A DNA stretch of 64,000 nucleotides from the human T2T-CHM13v2.0 reference genome, Homo sapiens. Under the pieces are notes generated by a model. It did no database searches, had not been told where the DNA came from, and saw nothing but the letters and a program-made list of their open reading frames with translations. The position numbers and the translations under genes were made by a program. Shown one piece after another: positions 17,742 through 32,189 of this stretch (positions are counted from its first letter, which is position 1; the number at the start of each line of letters is the position of its first letter). The stretch lies in NCBI RefSeq assembly GCF_009914755.1, contig NC_060931.1. The stretch is one strand, 5' to 3'.

Positions 17742-18137
17742 CCCGAAGAAAAGAGTATCATTGTTAAATGTGAATGAAATCACTGAAAACTGTCTGGACA
17801 ATATAATATGTTAATTAGTTTTTAAATAAACTTTTGCATGATGGGTACCTGGACAGTTGTATCCATATGCAGGGTAGACAGTCACCTATTAATGAGGTTT
17901 CAAGCAGAAAGTCCAGCTGCTCCCTTAGCTTCTGGCAAATGTTTGAAACTCCATAATTTGAATATAATTACTTTCGCTCAGTGGTTATCAAACTTTTTAA
18001 AGCAGTCAACAACTTCATTTTAAACAAAGCAACATTTTATAAACCAGTAAGTAAAAGAGAAAATTGAAATTTTATTTGTGCAAATCCATTTTAGAAGTTC
18101 TAATTGCTAACACTCTCAACACAATCAATCAGTGAGA

Positions 18138-18463
<326 letters not shown>

Positions 18464-19318
18464 CTATTTTGAGGAAGACAATTGCAATGCGATAGTATCT
18501 TATTTTTCATAGATTTCTGCATTTTGTTTTGGTTTTGTGGTATTGGCAATATCCTGATACAGACATATATATATAATCAAATAGTATGAATGTGTTGCTT
18601 CTCAGCCATGTTGAACCATTCTGTCTCCACTACCAAAAACTGGAATAGACTTGGATCTTCAAAGCTAAATCAATTAGAGTAACTAAAATGGTTCATATTC
18701 CTTGAGAGGTCCTCACTCTTGGTTAAAAAATACCTTTCAAAAGTGTCTTTTTAACAGAATTTTTCACTTTCAACAAAACAAATTCATGACATAATGATAC
18801 TTGCTGTATCATTGAATTGAATTGAATTGCAAAGCTTCAATTAGTCAAATATATTTTATTCTGTGTACATACCTGAAAAGCTCCAATTTCATTGCTGGCT
18901 GCTTACACGCAGTTGTGAGCATGTTTAAAATCTTCTCTGATAAAAGTGTGCTTGATATATAAGCCAGTACAAAATTATTATTAATATTTGGGGGAGTTAA
19001 TTAACTGATACAATTTCTTTATGAGGAAAAATACATCTTATGGTGGTCTGCATTTTCATTTAGGTATCATCACTTTGTTTTCATGTCCACTGATTGCCAT
19101 ATGTTGTTTGGTGCTTGTGCCATGCAAAAGTACCTGAATTTGCTGGCCTTTTAATTGCATGTGGTTCCCATGCACTGTGGTGGTATTTGCACAATATTGT
19201 GGCCCATTTGCACAATATTTCTCATGAGATATGCAAAGACATATTTTTAAATGTCCATTGCAGATCTATAGACTTTCCAGTCAATGCCACAGTTATTTAT
19301 TTCTTTATATGTATATAC

Positions 19319-19321
<3 letters not shown>

Positions 19322-19353
<32 letters not shown>
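19322..19353. repeat. (TG)16 microsatellite with extended purine-pyrimidine alternation
   Basis: Direct reading. Confidence 0.95.
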
Positions 19354-19357
<4 letters not shown>

Positions 19358-20213
19358 TGTATGTGGGTATGTATAACTATCTATATATGCATCTACCTAT
19401 ATAGAAAGAAAAAAGAGGAGGAAGAGAAGGAGGAGAAGTTGTTTTTGTCTGGTAACACAAGTTAATGATTTGAGAACTGTTAATATGACAAATATATTTT
19501 TATTATAGTTTTTTTATTGTCCGCAAATCTGGCAATGAATTTTTTTTTTTTACATTTATTACAGAACTGCAGAGGAATTGCAGTTATAACTCAATGGAAC
19601 ACAGTTTGAAAAATAACATTTTAGCTGAAGGTCTTTATATCTTTTAAAATGCAAAAACCTCTACTTTCATCTGCAATCAGTCATTTGTACATTAATGTGA
19701 ATGAATTTATTAGACATCTTTCTGAGTTTAATTCAGAAGAGGGGGAGGAAAAGATGAACTCAGCTACTGAAAGACATGGGAAAGGTCGAATATTAACGCT
19801 AGGAGAACTGAAGACTAATTTGGCCTAGTTTACAGTTTTGCTTCAAGACTATGCCATCTATATATAATACATTTATTTGTATTTATAAACACATATGCAC
19901 ACAAAGAAAATGTCTACTGCATTAGTTGAGTGTGAGTGTGATTATGTTTCAGAATTGCATCCAACTATTTTAGAATATTTTGCTGGAATAATGTAATTAC
20001 ATGAATTACTCACAATTTTGTCAACTCTAAAGTAAGTCAACAGTAAAATTTCCAACCAATGAACTTATTGAAGATATTCTGATTTTATTATGTGAGTGTC
20101 TTCAAAGATTGCAAGCAAATAAATTATGCAGAAGTCCCAGATTATGTACAGCTTAATATAAATAAGGACTTAATGCTCCAAACCTGATCTCATACCTTTG
20201 GACTATGATATTT

Positions 20214-20263
20214 CTTTAAATTAAAATAAAAGAGTAAACTTTAAATTAAAATAAAAGGGTAAA
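20214..20263. repeat. 25-bp tandem duplication
   Basis: ctttaaattaaaataaaagagtaaa / ctttaaattaaaataaaagggtaaa. Confidence 0.85.
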
Positions 20264-20685
20264 CTTAAAACAAATTAAATCCTTTTATTAAATAAAATAA
20301 TTACCTTTATTACATGAATTTAGTTACATGTGTCCCCCATTTTCTCCCCCTCCAAAAGAAACTATCTAAAGTTTATGAAAGCAAGTATCTATTTCAACAG
20401 TGTAAAAATTTAGTTGAAACTTCTGATAATTTTTTACAGAGGCATATGAGAAACAGTGTTAGTTAATATTTTAAGAAAGAACAAGAAGAAAATTACGTTA
20501 AGTTTTTCATTTCATTTCATGTATTTTCTAACAGTGAAAGTTATTAATTTGACTGTAGGTTAAAAACGTGTTGGACTAGAGCCATATTGGCCATATTCAT
20601 TCTAAAGTCAGTGCTTATAATGATTTTGTGTGAATTTGAAATATATATAAATTTGAAATACTCACATTTAATACTATTGCTGCTT

Positions 20686-20995
20686 TGTTGTGTTTTTGTT
20701 TTGTTTTGTTTTGTTTTTTTTAAGAGACAGAGTCCTTGCTCCATTGTCCAGGCTGAGGTGCAGTGGCGCAATCATAGCTCACTGTAGTCTTGAACTCCTG
20801 AGGTCAAGGGATTGTCCCTCCTCAGCCTTCTGAGTAGTTGGGACTGTAGGCCTGTGCCACCCACCAGGTGCTATTCCCACTTCCTCCTTTCCCAGTATGT
20901 TGCCTAGGCTGGGCTTGAACTCCCTGCTTCAAGTGATCCTCCTGCCTTGGCCTCCCAAAGTGTGAGGATTGCATGTGTGAGCCACCATGCCTGCC
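20686..20995 (-). mobile_element. AluJ with (TTTTG)n tail and disrupted central linker
   Basis: Both arms recognisable; TSD ctattgctgctt/ctattgctgttt. Confidence 0.9.
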
Positions 20996-23450
20996 CTATT
21001 GCTGTTTTTATGTCAAGAAATTGAAAACAAAATCAAGTAATAGAAATATTACTATTTAGGAAAGGGATAAATGTAACTATCTCAGTAGTAAATTTTGTTT
21101 TTGGCTATTAAGTATAACATTGAAGAATTAGCAGAATAAATATGAAATCAAAACTTAGAAGCATTTTGAGATACTTTTGGTATTCTGTTGCAAAGTATCT
21201 CAAAGTGAAAACAATAGTGAAATCATCACTAAAAAGAAAAGACTAATATATAACAGGTTTTTAAAAAATATTCAGCTCAAAAGGTCATTCTTGGTTCTGA
21301 GATTATATTTATCCTGAAATAATACTAAATCAAAACTATAAGCTAGTCAGTTAAGTCAGGGAACAGAATTGAGCCTAACATACTTCTGTTTTTGCTCATA
21401 GAATGACCTTTGAAACCTCTCTGAGCTCTGCTGTTTTTTAACTATTTCCCATCTGTGTACAGAGAAAAATGTATTACTAAGTCACAAGGCCTATATATTC
21501 CCACTTCCTCATTTCCCAGAATTTATGGGAAATTGGTTCTAATAGTTCCACAGTAGAAAGCAAGAAGACAGAAAGGGAAGAGAGCGCTTTTCCAACAGTT
21601 ACAGGCACTGACAGCCTATGACAATATTTGAGTCTGGTTTGTTTGTAGTTTCTTCCAAATGTGTGTTCCTGAAAAAAAATCATACGAAGGAGGGTGAGTG
21701 AGCCCAGGTAAATGACATGTATGCAGCAGCTCCAGAGCGAGTGTACAGACGTGTGTTTGGGTGGAGCACAGTGCTGTATCTAAGAGATGTTCAACAACCC
21801 AGTGGGTGAATGTAGTTGGCAGCTGAGCCATTGAGAATCAATTTGTATAAGTATCGGGAATGTGTAGATGCAAAAGACATATCAAGTATTGAGATGTAGT
21901 GACCAAACAGAAAACTTAACCTGGAAATTATTTTGTATATATTATTTAGTGAAAATATTTTTAAGGAAGGAAGCAAGGAGTACATACGTAGTACCTAATA
22001 ATACAGGCTATACAATTACAAAAGGGTTTTTTAAGCTTGGTTTTAGTATGGTCCTTAAGCTAATTGCAATACTTAGAATTTTTCACTACCCTTTTTAGAA
22101 ATCTACTAATTTTACATTTAAATGAATATTTAAATACAAATATAAATTAATTTCAATAACTTCTAGAAACTAATAATTATATTTATTTTCCTCCTCTAAT
22201 TCATATAGCACGAACCTCATTTTTTCTATATATTTCTCCTTCAAAATATTATTTTCCTCCATATTTTCATACAGTTATATTTTGAGTATGTAATTTTTTA
22301 ATTGATTTGTTATAAACATGCTTGTACTAATACAATTCTCCAAGATTACTTACACATTTTAAGGGCATCAAAACCACCTGTCATTGGCAGGTTGTGATAA
22401 GCATTTCTTTCAAGAGAATACCTAACACTTTCTCCATCAATCTTTTCCACTTTCATGGTACCAAATTTTATATAAAAGAAGTCACTGCTTGTTACTGAAA
22501 CTTGAACCAGGTACTCAAAGACACCAAAACATAAAGCTATTGCCCACCACCATAAAGCCCACCAACCATCTTCTCACTTTATTCTATTTCATTTTTTAGT
22601 AATTTATTTATATTAGTCCATTAACACTGAAATCTCTTCATATTTTGTCCTTGCTACACTGAGCTGAGACAACATGTTTTGATTTCTCAATGTCATCAGT
22701 AGTATTAGGTAAATTCTAGAAGGTAAAAATGATATTATAGAATTACATACATAAACTATTGGGACATGATTAGTTATCAGAATATCACATTGATATCTCT
22801 AGTTTATAAAATCTCTAAGAATTAGGTATCATGTCCCAATGAGAACTATATTACAATAGAGTTGAAAATTCTGACCCATAGTTAGTCTAGTCTACTTTTT
22901 TTAGGTCTTTGCTTTCTGTTTCCCAGGTCTCCTACTTGTTGTTACTAACTTTCTGGAAAAATTCAGCAGACAACCAAAATTTATCATGGGATATTTAAAC
23001 ATTCTGTTATATATGGTACTTAGAACAACAGCTCTGTAAAATAGCTTCAATCTCATAGCCTGACCAAAGCAGAAAAAGAACAAAATCTCTTATAACACAA
23101 CCTTAGAAAAGCCTTAACTACGTCCTTATTCCAGCAACTCAAATGTCCTATTTAAGACAATCACGTTTCAGAAGAGCTTAATATACAATATCTTCTATTT
23201 TATTATCCATGAAATACCCCAAATGTATTTTATTTTCTGTGGGAAGAGCTATATACGAAGAAGAATAACGAAAAATGTAGCCAATTTATACTTGAGTTAG
23301 AATCTATTGTGATATAAGTTAATCACACATGGGTATCCCATAATATGAAAAATACAACTGTAAAAATATATAAATTATTATAGTGCAACGGAAGACTCTT
23401 TACTTTTAAAGAAGCCTTTGAAAACAGGTTAACAAGCAATTTAACAACTA

Positions 23451-23729
<279 letters not shown>

Positions 23730-26700
23730 TCATTTCCTCATCTTTTAATAAGTGCGTTGAAATCCATAATGTTGTCATTTCCAAACAAGCCTTTCAAGAA
23801 CACTTAAACACTTACCCTGAGTCAATATAAAAGATAAAGCAGCCCCTAACATTAACCAGTTATCTCTAGAAGTCCTTAAAAATGATCAAATTAAATCACC
23901 AGTATATCTTTGTTTGTAGAAAACCTTTGGGAGAGACTCGTTAGCATCTGCATATATATTTAACCAGCTGCAAATTTCCAATGTGTTACAAAAAGGTTAA
24001 TTCTGGAAACTATGGTCAAATTTTAGGAAGAAATTGTGATGATTGCCCCTGTTTAGAACACACTGCAAGGTACTACTGGGGGAAAGTACAGAAAGCAGAT
24101 TGATGCCTCATGGTCTCACACCTTTGGGGCAGAGAAAGAAGTAGCTTAAAAGACTTTTGCTAAAAAAAAAAAAAGTAAAATTCAAAGCAGAGATTCTAAG
24201 AGATTTCAATCACACTGAATTTACCAAGGGTGGTTTCTTGGACTAGATGAAGTCCTAAGGAGATGTCAAAGGCCATGAGAGGCACAGTTGTCCAAATGAA
24301 TATGGAGGGCCGGGTAGATTGATTGAGGGAAATAGGAGTAGCAGTCAAAAGACCTTCAATCCAGCATGACTTTATAGCTGCTGCAAAAATGGTTAAAAAA
24401 AAACCAAGGTTAATCAGCCCAATTTTTCTTATTTTCCTGGTGACAAAACACCCTGGTGATTATGAAAAATATAAAATTCACTAACAAACAATGTTTTGTT
24501 ATATTCAGAGTGGTCACTTCTTAGTTTTTTGAATTTTCCATTCATTTCCACTACTGGACATATGTGGACAGTGACAAGACTATTCTGTATTTTTAAAATT
24601 ACTATTTATTTATTCATTTGCCTTGACTTCTTTAAAATGCTAGTTATTATTATACATTCTAGAAATTATTATCCCATTTTCAATTATAAGTGAATATGAA
24701 AAGAGATATAAGCGCTTTGTTTTTAAAAGAACTTTGTGAGGGATATGCATTTCCTAAATTGAAATATATTTACAGTGGCGTTGTTTCATTTGCCATGTCT
24801 TAGTACAGAAAAAATTATTGACACTAACTTCATCATTTCTCATGGCAGTCATGATTTTTGAACTCAGAAGACACAGTGTTCCATGAAAATGATGAAAAAC
24901 AAACAAAACAAAACAAAAAAAAGCCCTCTCTTTTTCCACATTCGCCTCATCATACTGAAGCTAGGATTGCATCTTGTTCACTGAAAAATAAAAACTGTGA
25001 AATAAAGAAACACATCTTGAGACTACTTGGCAGGGGTAGAAACAAATTCTAGAGAAAGTGCCAAGTTTTCATTTAATTTGTTTCAATGAGGGCGAAACCA
25101 AGATCTGGATGATGCTTTTTTTTTTTTTTTTTTTTCCAGAAAGCAGTGCTTTTTTCCTCCTTTTCTGGTACTAAATTAAGATGATTTCTTTTTACTAAAG
25201 AATTCTGGTCATGTGTATACTCACTTACCGCTATATATTCTAGATAAACAGATATTAATTTCATAATTAAAAGTAATCTTGTGTAAATACCCTGCAGGCC
25301 TCAATGAATCAAACACATACTGTGTGTCAGGCCTCCCACTGTCTTCAAGTGGAATGTACTGGCTGGATAATTAGATAGTACATATTTTTTAACCTTATTT
25401 GCATGCATATTATATCTTTTGCACACTGACAAGCAGCAGTAACAACAAAAGTCAGATTACCACAGGGAATTCCCACAAAGAAGTCTTCATTCCTTATAAT
25501 TTGCAGCCTAAATTAAAATAATTTGATCTTTGACAAGGATGAAATGTCAAGCAGAAGGGGGTCCTCTACAAGCCACGGCCTGTGGCTTCTGAAATCTGCC
25601 TAATTTATGTCAGTCACTTCTTAATACATATTTAAGTATTACACGAAAAAGATGATAAATATGCAATCTGACACCTTTGGTATTTCCCTGCTGTTAATTT
25701 ATAAAGGTCTGGCTTCCCCCAAACTGACTAAAATCATTTAAATAACAGAAGAATCATGAAATAAGCTGGAGTCAGGGCCTGGCTTCCATTTTCACTCAAT
25801 ATTGAACACAGCAGGTAGTACACTAAGACAATTATTTGACTAGGCCTTAGAACCCCACTGTGACAAGTTACTTTCAGAATTAGTGAAGGAGGATTCCTTT
25901 GTTCATCTGCAGAAAAGGAGAGCATGTTGCAAAGAGGCTTCTTTTTTTTTTTAAAAAAAGAATTGAACCAGCTGAGTTACATGTGACAATTGAAAAACAT
26001 GAGTGTATGCTATTATTCATGTTTTCACTCTTCAGAGTTTTGTCATGTGTAGTTTTAGGGAAACAGAGTAAGTAGCTCTCTGAGAAGTGAAAAAAAATTC
26101 TCAAACAGTCGCAAAGAACAAGGACTGATGAAGAACATTGATGTTCCTTTGAGAGCAGGACAATGTACTTAAATAAATTGCTATTTATTAATGATTTGTT
26201 TCCACTTGTTCTTGACCCTAGGCTACCTTCCTCTGTTTGCTTTAACGTTATGTTCATTAGTCTGGAAAATTTCAGTGCTGGTTCTGATGGAGACCAGTAA
26301 TTGTAGCACACCAGTTGAGTGCATGAAAGTAAAAGCTGAGGTGAAGGCTATGAAATATAAACAAGTTATAGTACTGTGTCAGATAATATTTTCATTCCCT
26401 TTGAGATTTATGACTTTTAAAAAGGTAGCTACAGAGGAAAAGAATATAAAAGCTTAAAAGCTAACAGCCTCAGTTAGTCAATAAATCCTGAATATTTTTA
26501 TTAGGTAGAAAAAAGGTCGTTAACATATAGTACTATGGGAGCTATTTATAGAGTGCAAGGCTGTGATGCCATTGTCTGCTCTTTTCAGTTTTAAAATAGA
26601 GGATCTTATTCCAGAGACAAATATAATTAAAAGAAAAGAAGACGGTTTCAATTTTTCTGCCAATGTGTTTTAACCTTCATAAATAAATGAGTCCTGGGTC

Positions 26701-28110
26701 ACACCGTACAGAGGTGTTAAAAACAAGCTTTATATGTGACTTTAGTGTTTCAGATCCACTTAACATGTCAGTTGATAGGACTATTCAAAACATGTGAAGA
26801 ACTTTGGAGAGCTCTAAGTGTGGATGGTAAATGTGATGAGATACAATTAATGATAAACTGTAATTTTTTTCCATAGTAGGTCTGATTCTATGTCTATATC
26901 AGATAAGAATTATTTCTATTTTTACTCAATGAAACGTAAAACATTACTTTATAGGTAATTTCAGTATTAGGACACATGGGGCAGAGACTATGCTTGGGAA
27001 CTCTGGCTATTGCCTCTAAGAACTCTGTTTTCCAGGTTACTGAGCAATAAGAATATTGTCTTTTGAATCCTGCTAATTTATTTTGTGTTTTTGATGCTAG
27101 TCATGCCATTCATTAATTCTTGAGATCATTTAGGTTTCTAGGGGTATTTAATCATTACAATAAATCAGTACTTTGGGATGGAAATTCTTGGCTTTAAAAT
27201 TTACCATCTTTCCCAGTATCCCTGTCAACCAAAAGACTGAAATATCTATAGAATAGGCTTTCTTATTCTCTCATTAACTTTGCCTGGTACTCTGAGCAAA
27301 CTGAACATTCATGAACTCTGTATCTTCAATTCCAAATGCTGACCTGAGTTTCTTAGGCACACATTTCACCCCTCCAAATACTTTAATATAAACATTGGTT
27401 TTAAAATATTTTCTTGTAATTTTAAAGAATTTATTTTTATCTTTTGTAATAAAGTTAGAAGATAAATGAATATCTTTAAAAAATTCTACTTCGTGTATCA
27501 TTAAATCTTTACATGTATGTGTAAATACATATATTTTTCAATCAATTTGCTCATTAGATTTAAACATTGTGGCAGCAACATAATTCTTATTTCTCTTAAA
27601 TTACTGAAGAAAATGTTTATCTCTGCAATGGAGATATAACAGTATCATAAGGTTTTGATAAAGACTAAATCAAATAATATATGTGCATTGTTTAGCATCA
27701 CCTGTGAGACGGTTAATAATAGGTAAATCTTAACTATTATTCCATGATATTCATATCAACCCAAATATTTGCCCTCTTTTGAAGGTGCTCACTATGTGAA
27801 AGAGAAATATTAAATAAAAAGACACACAAAAGATAGTTTGATTTTGAAAAAGCTGCCAATAAAACATGTATCTATTGCTGGAGGTTCTGTTTTTACTGAA
27901 GTAGTTTATTCTGTTATATATTTTTCAAACCATAGTAGGTATAATTTTAGGACAAATAGGAAGCAACAACAAACAGAATCAAATTTTCGAATTTCTGTTT
28001 TTGTTATATTTAATTATAAAATAACCTTGAGGGTAGAAAGGCATATTCTGCTAATATGATAGACAGGATTCATTAAAAAGTGAGCAGAGAAGCAGATTTT
28101 GCCTAGCTAT

Positions 28111-28111
<1 letters not shown>

Positions 28112-28163
<52 letters not shown>
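28112..28163. repeat. (CA)26 microsatellite; reads (UG)26 in DGKB pre-mRNA
   Basis: Direct reading. Confidence 0.97.
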
Positions 28164-28164
<1 letters not shown>

Positions 28165-28779
28165 CAAGATATGCAAAAATACAAGGGGGCATGCACACAG
28201 TGCTGGCTGTGATTTATAAATATTATTTTAATAGCTCCCAAAATAAGCCAGGGATGCAGAGCTAGAAGGTCAGGCTGAGAGAGTAAGCAGAAACAGCACT
28301 CCAAGAAACATAACTTAGTTCTAGTAGCCCAGATTTCTTGGAGAACATTCTAAATAGTTTTTCTGTCAGATCTCAAGCTCTGTGGATCAAAACCACTTAA
28401 TTTTATCATTATTTAGCATATTACAAATCACCGTTTTCAAATATATTTTCATTCAAAATCTTTTGCTGTAAACACAACACTTTTCTTAAAGATTTTTTTT
28501 TTGTACTTTGTGACACATAGAATCTTATTTTATAGATCAACAGCTTTTAAATCTGTGCTCAAGGGTAGGATAAAGTAAAGGGAGGTGCAGGAGGATTCAG
28601 GATCTCCACCTACATTCAACCAAAGCCATACTTCTAATTTTTCTAAAACTTTTCAGCTTCTGCTGCAAATTGTATTTGAGCATAATTTTTGAGGATAAGA
28701 AATATTCAAAATCTAGTATATAAAGCAGTTTTTTAAAAAAAATAATGATTCTAAGAGTAAAGGGGTATGTATATGTTTT

Positions 28780-29105
28780 ATTGAATATATATGCACATAA
28801 ATATGTATATGTATATAACAATACATATGACACATATATAACCATATATACTATATATTTAACTATATATGTAGTTATATATGTCATATATTATTATATA
28901 TAATATATATAACTAAATATATAACTAAATGTAGTTACAGATGTCATATATTATTATATACAATAATATATAACTAAATATATAACTGTAGTACATATAC
29001 AATTATTATATAGATATACATGCATATAGTTATATATGTGTTATATATATCATTTTATATACAGTTATTTGTGTGCATATATCATACATATACACAGATA
29101 TATCA
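28780..29105. repeat. AT-rich low-complexity / degenerate minisatellite
   Basis: Two ~60-bp copies of 'gtagttatatatgtcatatattattatata...ataactaaatatataact' within TA-rich sequence. Confidence 0.85.
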
Positions 29106-30252
29106 TCCTAAATAGTAATAACAGAAAGTCCACGTTGAACCCAAATCCTTCACCTCTGTAATTATGTTCCTTTCAAAGGTTATGATCTGATCCTGTTATG
29201 AAGGGTTTTTTCCCATTCCATGACCATCAATTCTAATACTTAATTATATTTACCAATCATGATGAGATAAAAGTGCTAAAAGGTTACACTGAGAGTAGTA
29301 TCATTTTTTGGTATTATTAATAACAGCAAATTAGAAATTTAGGATAATGAAGAACTTAGCCAGGCCATTGTGTGGTCCATAACTACTTCTGTTTACCAAA
29401 CTTATTACCTGAATATAAGGAACTAATGATTTAGGTATCAGTAGCAAATTTTTGCATTTATTTTTAAAATGAAAAGTGTTGAAGCCAATGTTTCTTAATT
29501 CATATCAACTAGTCATTAAGTGTTCATGTTTCATAATTCTGTTCCTCTGGTTTTGTCTTTATCATTTGTCAAAATATAACTTTTCTTTTTTCTTTAACCC
29601 CTAAAAATCTCTCAATATAACGAAGTCATTTTCTTTTATAATATTTCTCCAAAATTTTGAGTCCTACAGTGTCTTTTTTTTTTACAGACCTATTTGCTCC
29701 AAGTCTTTTTAAAATGTGTCTTTTCTTGCTATCTTTGCTCTCTTTCTTGGCATTTCCACTTTCTATAAATGTAATGGGGAAATGGCAACCTTGGGAACTG
29801 AGAAAACCTAGTTAATGAATGGGAATGGAATGGAAAAGTATACTTTTTAACCTTTATTCATAAAAGTAAGTACAATTTTAGCAAAGTGTGTTTTAAAGGT
29901 TACAAGATATTGAGACCCGAAAATAATATTTTTTATGTATTCTGCAACTTTTTTCTTCCCAACTACTTTTATCTTACCTTTCTATCTGCACTATGCCCAG
30001 TAACAACTGCATCAATTTCCAAAGTTGTGTTCCACTTCTCATTCTTTTATACTATAATAAAATAACCCATATCTACACTTAACTTTAGTATGTCAGATAG
30101 TGCTGTATTCCAAATGAGTGAAAGGAATGACAATTTAAAATCTTGAGTAAGTCTCTGTGGATTGCTAATATATATTTCATTCCATGGGCTCCAATGCAAA
30201 TATACTAACAACAAAGCTCAAGCCATTTCATCATATTACAAAAGAGAATTCA

Positions 30253-30438
<186 letters not shown>

Positions 30439-31270
30439 TTATAATAGAAAAGGTCTGAGGACATGTGACATCTAAAATGTAATAGATGGTCATATAATTT
30501 TCAAAGCTTAAATGTGGGTGCCAAACTGTATGATGGCCTTGAGGGAATTATAAGAATGTGTTGATCTAGCAGACTCAAGTACACCTTTAGTTTTTTGTGG
30601 GTTCATCACATTTTAAAAAACGGTTTTAATGCTCATGATTCTTAGCTTGTTCTTAGGCAAAAAGTGAAGAATGTACAATAGTGGGAAATTATGATACAGC
30701 ATAAAGTTTTTTAGTTCTTTCAAGAATTAACTAATAATATAGAATAAAATAACTAAGAAAGTAATAACAATATTATATCAATAAAAGTTGCAAAGAAATA
30801 TAATTAAAATAATTTCAGTATTTAATCTTAAAGTAAAAGACTCAAAATTTATTTTCTTCTATGACTTGATATTTTTGGCTTTTTGTACCAGGTAATTAAA
30901 TTTATTATCACTTAATGTAACTTTACAAAGGTCAAATAGATTTTTATATTATCTAGTATTGGATTTGAAACTTTATTCTTGTGAAAAAAATGCAGTATTT
31001 GATTATGCATAATTCTAATAGTGATCATGCCCTCAATTAGAAGACAATACATGTAAGTGACAGACATTTTCACACATAGAAATGAAACAAAGAAGTTTTT
31101 GTTATGGTATTCGAGTATGTCTCTCATATCAAATTAAAGTATTCTGTTTGACTTATAAATATTGATATCTGCTTCTTACATTAGAATGTAAAACATTTTG
31201 ACAATTAAAAAGACATTTGGCAAAGGCCTTACTACTTAATTCAAGCCTATTATTGGTTTGGAAAATGACA

Positions 31271-31334
31271 TTAAACCTAATAGAGTGCTTATTATTATGC
31301 TATGTTAAATCCAATAGAGTGCTTATTATTATGC
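31271..31334. repeat. 34-bp-period tandem duplication
   Basis: aatagagtgcttattattatgc at 31279-31300 and 31313-31334. Confidence 0.9.
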
Positions 31335-31944
31335 AGAGTTCTCTGATATAAAATTATAAAATACAAAGCAATGTTATATTATCTATCTAAACATAGTCAA
31401 TAATGTTTAGGCTCTCACAAGGTTTTATTTGCTTAAAAAATTCACAATCCCTTCATGAATCAGTCATATTCAGGCCAGTAATCTGAAGGTCAGTATAAGT
31501 TTCATAGGATTCTAGCACCATGAATCTTTATTCTTTTCCAGAGAATATTTGACTTAGTTTATGGCCTGATTTCATATATGTGAGCAGATATAAACAGATG
31601 ATAGTGAAGTAGGTTAGAGGTAAACATTTAATGACAAGATTTGTGGGCCTGTATCTACAGATGTGTCTATATTAAATTAATGTAAATGTCTATTTTATAG
31701 AATGGTTAGGCTTTTATAAATTTACACACTGAAGTCATGTAAAATTAAAATATTTTGCTATTGAGATTTATCATTCTGATGAAAAACATATCATTCTACA
31801 GATGGAGAGAAAAATATTGGTTTATACAAAGAGGTCTGAAGACATTCTTAATGAATATTTTATGACTATTGGAATAGTCTTTCTATATTCAGCAACTTTC
31901 TAATAACATTTTTGTGTTATTCTTTTCTCCAGACCTTCCAGGAT

Positions 31945-32060
31945 TGATTCATTCATTCAACAAAAGTTTAATGAGAACACTCTCTCTGTTAAGTACTATA
32001 GACACAAATATAAATGCAATTACCTTTGTCCCCAAGAAGCTCAGAATGTTATAAACTTAT
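31945..32060 (-). mobile_element. L2 3' end
   Basis: 'attcattcattcaacaaaagtttaatgag'. Confidence 0.6.
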
Positions 32061-32189
32061 GGGCATATCAGTTTGTTAAGGGAGGCAGGAAGGTAATGGA
32101 GGGAGTATGCCTGGACATGTGAGGCCCACTGGGATCTTGGTTATTATGGCCCTTATCTGCCAGGACTGAGTCTCTTCCCTACACTGTCT

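Noticed and set aside
19094-19465. 123-aa ORF with CVCVCV and EEEK
   Set aside because: Kept open by microsatellite and low-complexity sequence; antisense to DGKB; no recognisable domain
25880-26457. 143-aa and 88-aa ORFs between the exons
   Set aside because: No homology recognised; composition typical of random AT-rich intron
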